From Sinorhizobium meliloti (GTDB lineage: Bacteria; Pseudomonadota; Alphaproteobacteria; Rhizobiales; Rhizobiaceae), in contig NZ_JAGIOS010000001.1 of assembly GCF_017876815.1 (NCBI RefSeq), positions 2,940,001-2,972,000 of the forward strand: 32,000 bases of DNA. Direction: 5' to 3'. Shown here one piece after another: positions 23,234 through 30,469 of this stretch. Below the pieces are notes generated by a model. It was not told where the DNA came from and did no database searches. It saw only the letters and a list, made by a program, of their open reading frames with translations. Position 1 is the first letter of the stretch. Every line of letters starts with the position of its first letter. A program made the position numbers and the translations under genes.

Positions 23234-23322
23234 ACTTCCTATCAGGGATCGACCAACATAGAACTGAGTGGAAGTCGGCAAGGTGCGCCGTGGAAACGAA
23301 AGACCTTGCAGTCAAATGGATA

Positions 23323-24165
23323 CTAGAAAACCCAGAACAGCTTGTATCGAGTCTTTCGTCGCGCATCGTTCCAACACATTCTAAAGAACTTCATCCGCGT
23401 CGACCAGCTGACGTCTGGAAGCTTTTTTACCAAAGCGTAGCACCCTGTAGTATATTTCAGCCTCTGAGTTAGACGATCCCGAAAACTCTTGGCACGATAA
23501 CGCGCCTCAGATCCAGATCCCTCTGTAAAGTCAAGTGTCGCTCCGTCCACGTACGCTACCAAATCGAGGACGACAAACTCCGACACGACGTAGGATGCGA
23601 AACACCACGGATTTCCAAGTTCGAACCAGCGTGACATGAGCAGTTCTTTTGCGTCGGCTCTGTACAGACCGTAAATCCACTCAGCGGGGAAGGTGAGGTT
23701 TCTTGGCACCTGACCGGCCACATACTTTCCGGTGAAATTGAAGGCCGAGTCGTTCGGGGCTTTGATTCTGCTTCCGCTTGATCCCACCAGCTTTGTCGGA
23801 CATGCGGCAAGAAGCTTTCCGGGATTGGTATCAAGTGCTTCCACGAGCCGGGCCAAAAAATCCGGGGAAGAATGGTCATCGCATGCACGCAGGCAAAAAT
23901 ATTCACCGCGTTCTGCGCCGAGCTGTACTGCTCTCGCGAAGTTCGCTATCGCGCCTACATGTTCTTCGCATTTGACGAGCGAAAAGCGGTCGTCCGACCG
24001 GCAAAATTGCTCGGCTATGTCGACCGTCTTATCAGTCGATTTATTGTCGAGAATGATTGCTTCGAAGCCTTCGAACGTCTGTTCGGCAATGCACCGTAGA
24101 CTGCTGGCGAGTGTCTTTTCGCCATTGTAGACGGGGAAAACGACGACGACCTTCGGCTTGGGCAC
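23323..24165 (-). CDS. Glycosyltransferase family 2 protein in a visibly lower-GC segment
   Basis: GTG 24165. VVVVFPVYNGEKTLASSLRCIAEQTFEGFEAIILDNKSTDKT...ACDDH (DxD-like) is the GT2 N-terminal Rossmann signature. Confidence 0.88.
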   Translation of the reverse strand: MPKPKVVVVFPVYNGEKTLASSLRCIAEQTFEGFEAIILDNKSTDKTVDIAEQFCRSDDRFSLVKCEEHVGAIANFARAVQLGAERGEYFCLRACDDHSSPDFLARLVEALDTNPGKLLAACPTKLVGSSGSRIKAPNDSAFNFTGKYVAGQVPRNLTFPAEWIYGLYRADAKELLMSRWFELGNPWCFASYVVSEFVVLDLVAYVDGATLDFTEGSGSEARYRAKSFRDRLTQRLKYTTGCYALVKKLPDVSWSTRMKFFRMCWNDARRKTRYKLFWVF

Positions 24166-24377
24166 TGATTTTCTCTATCGTTGAATTGACCTTGCACATA
24201 CCGAATGCCGCAGCGATCCGCAACGGGCCTCCATGGCGTGAGCGCCAAGCGCCTCTTCGGCGGCAGCAAGGTCGCAACGGATTAAGGCTGTTGAGATTCA
24301 TCTCGAGTTTATGACGGCTGCTGCGAGATGGATAATGGCGTTGAAGCTCTGGTCAGTCTTGTCGGCACGCACGCCGG

Positions 24378-24538
24378 GGGACTGCAATCTCTCCTCTTCC
24401 GTCATCTCTGTGCTTGTCACAGAGATCCAGCAGCGCCGCGTCTGCGGCGCGGGAAATGTTTCTTCAGCCCAAGGACTTGGTCTGGCTGGATCCCTGTGAC
24501 GAGCACAGGGATGAGGTAATCAAACAAGCCGCCGCGGC
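24378..24538 (-). repeat. MITE-like palindromic intergenic repeat, copy B (inverted relative to copy A)
   Basis: Its reverse complement aligns almost base-for-base with 17903-18050 over about 140 bp, apart from one ~11-nt insertion near 24390-24400. Confidence 0.7.
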
Positions 24539-24610
24539 ATTCCCGAATCTCAAAAAGGCCTGTCCGCCTGTCTTCAGTACGACCTGCAATCTTCAGCAAA
24601 AAGGTAACCC

Positions 24611-25423
24611 ATGACCAAAACCGTGCCTCAAGGCGCGGCGATGCTGCTCGACTTTATCCGGGAGGCGGAAGTCGGCAGCAAGGGCCGCGCGTCTTACGAC
24701 GTGATCTACGGACATAACCAGGGGAAGCTTACAAAGCCGCTTACGGAGATGACGATCGCCGAGGTGATCCGTGCGCAGAAGGGATGGGCGAGGGCGCACG
24801 GATCGAGTGCGGCGGGGGGCTATCAGTTCATGCGGGCCACGCTCACCGGGCTTTTGAAGGAAGTACCGGGACTGCGCGGAGAACAGCGCTTCGATCCCGC
24901 GCTTCAGGACCGGCTCGCCCTTCACCTTCTGAACCGCCGTGGCTTCGCCGGCTTTGTCTCCGGCGAAATCAGCCCTGTTGAATTCGCGAGGCGGTTGGCG
25001 ATGGAATGGGCGTCCCTGCCGGTTCTCGCCGAAAGCCAGGGCGACCGGCAGCGGATAAGGCGCGGGCAGTCCTATTATGCCGGCGACGGGCTCAACCGAG
25101 CGCTGGTACGGCCGGAAAAGCTGGAGGCCGTGCTTGGCGCGGTGCTGGCAGCCGGTTCACGAGAGGATGAGGCGGACCGCGTGGGCGAGGAGGCGGCGCT
25201 TGTGGTTCCGGCACGCCCGCGCAGGCCGGTTTCCCGGTCCGGCCGCTTCTGGACCTGGCTGCTGACGGCCGGCGGCACGCTCGTCACGGCGCTGAAGGAG
25301 TTGAACCTTGTCGCGCTGGATTGGCGGGTGCAGCTTGCGATCCTCGCCGTAATCGTCGGTTTTGCCGTCTACGCCATCTCGTCGATGCCGGCGGTTCGCG
25401 ATGCATTGGGTCTCACGCGATGA
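24611..25423 (+). CDS. Phage lambda-R-like lytic transglycosylase / lysozyme (GH104-like) with C-terminal hydrophobic segments
   Basis: LDFIREAEVG (catalytic Glu context), YDVIYGH, SSAAGGYQFMRATL, and EWASLP all parallel lambda R (LAWSEGTD, YDVIVGG, TGAGRYQLL, IWASLP). Two hydrophobic stretches lie at residues ~213-228 and ~240-258 (25247-25384). Confidence 0.85.
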   Translation: MTKTVPQGAAMLLDFIREAEVGSKGRASYDVIYGHNQGKLTKPLTEMTIAEVIRAQKGWARAHGSSAAGGYQFMRATLTGLLKEVPGLRGEQRFDPALQDRLALHLLNRRGFAGFVSGEISPVEFARRLAMEWASLPVLAESQGDRQRIRRGQSYYAGDGLNRALVRPEKLEAVLGAVLAAGSREDEADRVGEEAALVVPARPRRPVSRSGRFWTWLLTAGGTLVTALKELNLVALDWRVQLAILAVIVGFAVYAISSMPAVRDALGLTR

Positions 25424-25665
25424 CGTTGCCGTGGAGCAATCTGGTCATCGGTGCCCTGATTCTGGCCGGAATTTCGTGGGCCATACTCGAAATCCGTTCG
25501 AATGCCGCCCAGGCGGTCCGCAATTCAATCGAAAGGCAGAACAATGAAGCAGCAAAGAGCGCTGACGCGAAGCGCTTTGACTATGACGTCTGTTCTTCTT
25601 CTGGCGGGCTGTGGAACTTCGGGACCGGCCGATGTGAGCGGCCTTCGCGGCATCTCGGGAAGTGA
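25420..25665 (+). CDS. i-spanin (Rz-like) candidate
   Basis: ATGA overlap with the endolysin stop. N-terminal TM (LVIGALILAGISWAILEI) followed by a charged helical periplasmic part. Its position in the lysis cassette also fits. Confidence 0.55.
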   Translation: MTLPWSNLVIGALILAGISWAILEIRSNAAQAVRNSIERQNNEAAKSADAKRFDYDVCSSSGGLWNFGTGRCERPSRHLGK

Positions 25666-25795
25666 GCTTGCCGGCGCACGCGGCGCGACGCAGGCCGACC
25701 AGCGCAAGATCGACCGCACGGTGGTCGGCCTCTGTGCGGCATCCGTCTGGACTCGGGCGGAATGCGCGAAACACGGGGAGGGCGGAGATGATTGA
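25544..25795 (+). CDS. o-spanin (Rz1-like) lipoprotein candidate, overlapping the i-spanin gene in another frame
   Basis: ATG 25544 after AAAGG. Lipobox LLLAGC. The small mature part contains Cys residues. It starts inside 25420..25665 and extends beyond it, giving the 'overlapped' spanin architecture. Confidence 0.6.
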   Translation: MKQQRALTRSALTMTSVLLLAGCGTSGPADVSGLRGISGSELAGARGATQADQRKIDRTVVGLCAASVWTRAECAKHGEGGDD

Positions 25796-26126
25796 TGCCG
25801 GCGTTCACCAGCAGCTCGGGACCTTGGTAGCCGAGGTGAAGAACCTGAGGGAGGACCTGCGCCGATCGGAGGATAGATCGGATGTGGGCCGCGTATCCAT
25901 GACGCGCCGGATGGACGAACTGGTCGAGCGCATGCGGACGCTCGAGGGCTCGATGATGCTCGTCAAGGACGATATTGCCGCGATGAAGCCCGTGACCGAG
26001 GATGTGCGCAAATGGAAGCTGATGGGGATGGGCGCTCTCGGCGTTATCGGCATCGGCGGGGCAGCGCTCGGCGTGACATTTGCCGATGTGGCAAAACGCG
26101 TGCTGATGCTGACGAGAGCTGGGTAG
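25788..26126 (+). CDS. DUF1515-family protein (coiled coil plus C-terminal TM; phage lysis-cassette associated)
   Basis: ATG 25788 after GGGGAGGG. MIDAGVHQQLGTLVAEVKNLREDLRRSEDRS...GMGALGVIGIGGAALGV matches my recollection of rhizobial/agrobacterial DUF1515 proteins. Confidence 0.7.
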   Translation: MIDAGVHQQLGTLVAEVKNLREDLRRSEDRSDVGRVSMTRRMDELVERMRTLEGSMMLVKDDIAAMKPVTEDVRKWKLMGMGALGVIGIGGAALGVTFADVAKRVLMLTRAG

Positions 26127-26315
26127 AGGTCCTCTTTCGCTATCGTAACCGCGTAACCGGAAGCGGTGGATGCGGTAGCCCGCCAACACAATGCAGACGG
26201 TGCGCGAATAGCGGCCGCGCCGCTCTTCGATGCCTGATCATTGAATTGCGCAATCCAAGCAAATCGCTCGCGCTCTTCCGGTGAAGTGCTCCAGCGCAGG
26301 GACCGACGCGCCCAT

Positions 26316-26600
26316 TCAATCGTCGTCGAAAAGGGGTAGGTCGCGGTAGCGGCGGCTTACCAGCCGCAGCGACCGGTCCGGTTCGATGACATAGGTTTCG
26401 TAGACCCGGCGGCCGAACCGGTCGATGAACTGATGCGGCACAATGCTGCCGACCGGCGCCTTGGTAAGCCTGGTGCGTGGCTGGCCCCCGTAGGTGATGC
26501 TGCCGGGAATCGGCTCCAAATAAGGCGAATAGCCCATCGAGGTCGCCTCGCAGCCGGTCAGAAGTGTGAGCACGCACAGGACAGGAAGAACATATTTCAT
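26316..26600 (-). CDS. Hypothetical lipoprotein (paralogue of 26637..26969)
   Basis: ATG 26600 after GAGGA. Lipobox LTLLTGC. Shares GY.P.LEP.PGSITYGGQPRT.LTKAP.GS.VPHQF.D..G.RVYETYVI.PDRSLRL.SRR with its neighbour. Confidence 0.7.
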   Translation of the reverse strand: MKYVLPVLCVLTLLTGCEATSMGYSPYLEPIPGSITYGGQPRTRLTKAPVGSIVPHQFIDRFGRRVYETYVIEPDRSLRLVSRRYRDLPLFDDD

Positions 26601-26636
26601 GACGATCCTCGCCACTTGCATGATTCTCGCCGGCAT

Positions 26637-26969
26637 TCAGTCGCTGAATATGTCGTAATCTATGCGGCGGCTGGTCAGTCGCAACGAGCGGTCCGGATTA
26701 ATGACATAGGTCTCGTAGACCCGGTGACCATAGGTGTCGAAGAACTGGTGCGGCACCATGCTGCCAATCGGGGCCTTCGTCAGTTTCGTTCGCGGCTGAC
26801 CGCCATAGGTGATGCTGCCGGGCATGGGTTCCAGTCTGGGGCCGTAGCCAACCGTTTGCGTCGATGTACAGGCGCTGAGCGCGACGGCGGCGCAGAGGGT
26901 GAAGAGAGCTGTGCTCACGGCGCCGCGCCTCCCGATGGACACGTGGCGATGTCCTGCCGGGGCCCGCAT
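26637..26969 (-). CDS. Hypothetical lipoprotein (paralogue of 26316..26600)
   Basis: Lipobox AVALSAC. The start is uncertain (ATG 26969 with GGAGA upstream, or ATG 26993). The stop lies 1 nt from the end of the neighbour's track ORF. Confidence 0.65.
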   Translation of the reverse strand: MRAPAGHRHVSIGRRGAVSTALFTLCAAVALSACTSTQTVGYGPRLEPMPGSITYGGQPRTKLTKAPIGSMVPHQFFDTYGHRVYETYVINPDRSLRLTSRRIDYDIFSD

Positions 26970-27340
26970 TGTTGTGCGGTTCTCCAGCTTCATTCCGGTT
27001 TCAGGGAAGATGCAGTAGGCTGCGGCGGATTGCATCGCGTGACGGTTCATGTACATGCTTCGCCCCATATGAGTTGCACCAGCTTATTCCTTATTCGACA
27101 ACGTGCAAAGAAAGCAGGAAGTTCGGCGTGTCGCGGGCATCACGCGCGTTTCGTGGGGGATTTCGCGATATTTCGATTGCATAGGCAGGAATCTTTGAAG
27201 GATGTAATGGCCGAGGCCCGCCGATGCATGAGGAACCCCGTGCGAACCTTCCAGTGGGATCGCGCGTTTGATTCGGTGTCGGCGAATGGGCCTGCAAACA
27301 GAACCCCGGTTTCCGACGAGTCGCTGCTCAGGTACTGCCC

Positions 27341-29116
27341 ATGACCGCCGAACAGACCCTTTCGTTTCTCGTGCTCGGCGCCATGATGATCTTCTTCATT
27401 TGGGGTCGCTTTCGCTACGACATCGTCGCCTGCTCGGCGTTGATGCTTTCGGTTGCGGTCGGTATCGTTCCTTTCGATAACGCCTTTGACGGCTTCAGCG
27501 ACGACATCGTCATCATCGTCGGCAGCGCACTGATCGTCAGCGCGGGCGTTGCACGTTCGGGTGTGGTCGATGCCGCCATCCAGCGATTTCTTCCGGATCT
27601 GCAATCGGTGAGGGCGCAGCTTGCTCTGCTCGTCGTCACGGTCACGGTACTTTCGGCCTTCATAAAGAATATCGGCGCGCTGGCGATCATGATCCCGGTG
27701 GCGTTCCAGTTCGCGCGCCGCTCGAACGTGCAGCCCTCCGTCTTCCTGATGCCGATGGCTTTCGGCTCGCTGATCGGTGGCCTGATGACGCAGGTCGGCA
27801 CCTCGCCCAACGTGGTCGTGTCCCGGGTGCGTGCGGATCTGACGGGCGAGAGTTTCACCATGTTCGACTTCACGCCCGTCGGCGCTTCTCTGGCACTGGT
27901 CGGCGCGGTGTTCCTGCTGTTCGGCTATCGCCTGGTGCCGGAGCGGAAAAGTCAGCAGGTCGGCATGCATCAGGCGATCGAGATCACCGACTACACGTCC
28001 GAGGCAATGGTCCCGGCCGGGTCGCCGGTGATCGGCAAGCCGCTCAGCAACCTGGTCAAGATCGGCGATGGCGGAGCCGTAGTGATCGCCGTCTTCCGTC
28101 GCGGCACGCATCTGGCGCCGCTGCCCGATGTCGTTATCGAACTGGACGATATCCTTCTGCTCGAAGGCGGTCCCGCTGCGCTCGACCGCATCGTCTCCCA
28201 GGCAAAGCTCAAGATCTCCGGCGATCGTGCGCCGATGCCGAACGACAAGGAGAAAGCCGAGACCGAAGCCATCGAGGCGGTGATCGCCACCGGCTCACCG
28301 CTGATCGGCATGTCGGCTCAGCGCCTGGCGCTCTTCAACAATCACAACATCAACCTGCTGGCCGTCAGCCGCCAAGGCGAACGATTGAAACAGAGGCTTG
28401 GCAGCATAAGACTGCGGGCCGGCGACATCGTCGTGCTTCAGGGTACCCGCAGGGAATTGCCGTCTTTCCTGCAGGACTTCGGCTGCCTGCCGCTCGCGCA
28501 ACGGGAAATCCTGCTCGGCACCATTCGCCGTGCCACCGTTCCGTTGCTTGTTCTGGCGACCGCGATGGGGGCGACCGCGGTTGGCGTCGTGCCTGTGCAA
28601 ATCGCCTTTTTTGCTGCGGCGCTTGCCATGGTGGTGTTTCGCGTCATCCCTCTGCGTGACGTTTATCGCGCCGTGGACGGACCGATCCTGGTCATGCTTG
28701 CAGCGCTGATCCCCGTCAGCGACACTTTGCGCACGACGGGCGGCTCGGACCTGATCGCGGGCTGGCTGAGCGGAATGGCGGCGAGTCTGCCGCCTGCGGG
28801 GGCGCTTGCCATCATGGTCGTTGCGGCCATGGCGGTGACACCCTTTCTGAACAATGCCGCCACGGTCCTCGTCATGGCGCCGATTGCCGCCAGTTTTGCA
28901 ACGGCGCTCGATTACAGGCCAGACGCGTTCCTGATGGCGGTGGCCATCGGCGCCGGCTCCGACTTCCTCACGCCGATCGGCCACCAATGCAACACGCTGG
29001 TTATGGGACCCGGCGGTTACCGGTTCAGCGACTACCCACGACTGGGTCTGCCGCTTTCCGTCGTCATCGTGATCGTCGCGGTGCCGATGCTGATGTGGGT
29101 CTGGCCGCTGCGTTAG
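27341..29116 (+). CDS. SLC13/DASS-family permease with two central TrkA-C (RCK-C) domains
   Basis: 591 aa. Multi-TM N- and C-halves. Two soluble repeats (EAMVPAGSPVIGKPLSNL...VIAVFRRG and EAVIATGSPLIGMSAQRL...LLAVSRQGE). C-terminal GHQCNTLVMGPGGY motif. Confidence 0.9.
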   Translation: MTAEQTLSFLVLGAMMIFFIWGRFRYDIVACSALMLSVAVGIVPFDNAFDGFSDDIVIIVGSALIVSAGVARSGVVDAAIQRFLPDLQSVRAQLALLVVTVTVLSAFIKNIGALAIMIPVAFQFARRSNVQPSVFLMPMAFGSLIGGLMTQVGTSPNVVVSRVRADLTGESFTMFDFTPVGASLALVGAVFLLFGYRLVPERKSQQVGMHQAIEITDYTSEAMVPAGSPVIGKPLSNLVKIGDGGAVVIAVFRRGTHLAPLPDVVIELDDILLLEGGPAALDRIVSQAKLKISGDRAPMPNDKEKAETEAIEAVIATGSPLIGMSAQRLALFNNHNINLLAVSRQGERLKQRLGSIRLRAGDIVVLQGTRRELPSFLQDFGCLPLAQREILLGTIRRATVPLLVLATAMGATAVGVVPVQIAFFAAALAMVVFRVIPLRDVYRAVDGPILVMLAALIPVSDTLRTTGGSDLIAGWLSGMAASLPPAGALAIMVVAAMAVTPFLNNAATVLVMAPIAASFATALDYRPDAFLMAVAIGAGSDFLTPIGHQCNTLVMGPGGYRFSDYPRLGLPLSVVIVIVAVPMLMWVWPLR

Positions 29117-29276
29117 AATGCCGGGGAGAATTGGAACCGCGCGCGAATACGGATTGCCTGCCAAATTGCAGGCATTCGGTGGAAACGGCCTGATCGCCGC
29201 CTATCTTGCGGCGGAAGCGTATCTTTTGTGGAAGTGCTCTGGAATTGCTCTGGCAGTAGGGAGGCATGTGGGCGTC

Positions 29277-29837
29277 ATGACTGGCGATATCGAGATCTGT
29301 ACGCCGGAAGAGGTGCTGAAATTCTGGTTCACGGAACTTTCTTATGACCACTGGTTCACGCCGGATCCAGGGCTCGACGAGCAATGTGCGCAGCGCTTTC
29401 AGGCGTCGCACCTGGCCCTGTCCAGAAACTTCGACAATGTCTGGCGCGAGACCCCGCAGAACTGGCTGGCGGCCGTCATCCTTTTCGACCAGATGCCGCG
29501 CAACATGTATCGCGGGTCGCCGTTGGCCTTTGCCACGGATTGCCTTGCGTTGCGGGAGGCGAAGCTCGCCATCGGCGCGAGCGCCGACATGGCGGTGCCG
29601 AGGGAATGGCGCGCGTTTTTCTATATGCCGTTCGAGCACTCCGAAAACCTGACCGACCAGACCATGTCGGTCAAGCTGTTCACCGAACTCGGAGACGCCA
29701 GCTACCTCGACTATGCGATCCGGCATCGCGACGTGATCGAGCGGTTCGGGCGCTTCCCGCACCGCAATGGCATTTTGGCCCGCATGTCGTCAGCGGCCGA
29801 GGAAGAGTACCTCGCGCAGCCCGGCGCCGGGTTCTAG
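29277..29837 (+). CDS. DUF924-family protein
   Basis: ATG 29277 (GGGAGG upstream). VLKFWF...WF..D...D...RF...H, ILFDQMPRNMYRG, and HRDVIERFGRFPHRN are the DUF924 hallmarks. The track ORF starts earlier, at 29118. Confidence 0.85.
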   Translation: MTGDIEICTPEEVLKFWFTELSYDHWFTPDPGLDEQCAQRFQASHLALSRNFDNVWRETPQNWLAAVILFDQMPRNMYRGSPLAFATDCLALREAKLAIGASADMAVPREWRAFFYMPFEHSENLTDQTMSVKLFTELGDASYLDYAIRHRDVIERFGRFPHRNGILARMSSAAEEEYLAQPGAGF

Positions 29838-29875
29838 GCATGAACCATGGCGGAGAACGAAATCAGGAGGAAACC

Positions 29876-30337
29876 ATGAGTGCCGGAGAACTGCCCTGGC
29901 AAGGGGGATGCCGCTGCGGACAGGTGCGCATCAAGGTGAGCGCGCAACCGCTTCTTACGATGGCATGCCATTGTACCGGCTGCCAGCGAATGACCGGCAG
30001 CGCGTTCTCGTTGAGCGTCGCCATTCCGAGCGAAGGCTTCGAGGTCACACGCGGCGAGCCTGTCATCGGCGGCCTTCACGGCGCAACGCGCCACTATTTC
30101 TGTCCTCATTGCATGAGCTGGATGTTCACGCGCCCGGAAGGCATGGACTGGTTCGTCAATCTCCGCGCGACCATGCTCGACGATCCCAGTTGGTGCAGGC
30201 CGTTCATAGAAACCTGGACCAGTGAAAAGCTGCCGTGGGTGAGCACATCCGCCGTTCATAGCTACGCGGCGTTGCCACCGCTGGAGAGTTACGAGCAGTT
30301 GCTGGCGGACTATGCCAGGCATTCCGAAGAGGATTGA
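29876..30337 (+). CDS. GFA-family (CENP-V/GFA domain) Zn-binding protein
   Basis: ATG 29876 after AGGAGGAAACC. GGCRCGQVR...CHCTGCQRMTGSAF...YFCPHCMSWM Cys pattern. The 317-aa track ORF (29384..) is an in-frame upstream extension overlapping DUF924. Confidence 0.88.
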   Translation: MSAGELPWQGGCRCGQVRIKVSAQPLLTMACHCTGCQRMTGSAFSLSVAIPSEGFEVTRGEPVIGGLHGATRHYFCPHCMSWMFTRPEGMDWFVNLRATMLDDPSWCRPFIETWTSEKLPWVSTSAVHSYAALPPLESYEQLLADYARHSEED

Positions 30338-30469
30338 GCCGCGAGACGATTCAGATCAGCCTGGATCTCAGAGGATTTGCATCTTTTTGCCGTTATGCAT
30401 GTGCAGACCGGCAACTGGCAAAGCTCGGAGCGGTTCTGCGCGGCGCAGGGATTATCGAAGGGTAGGAAA

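Noticed and set aside
27140-29164. 323-aa and 289-aa minus-strand ORFs (27140..28111 and 28295..29164).
   Set aside because: They are antisense to the SLC13 permease. Their His/Arg/Asp-rich nonsense composition contrasts with the coherent TM helices encoded on the plus strand.
29384-29875. The upstream part of the 317-aa ORF 29384..30337.
   Set aside because: It overlaps DUF924 in another frame. The GFA domain starts at ATG 29876, which has a strong AGGAGG RBS.
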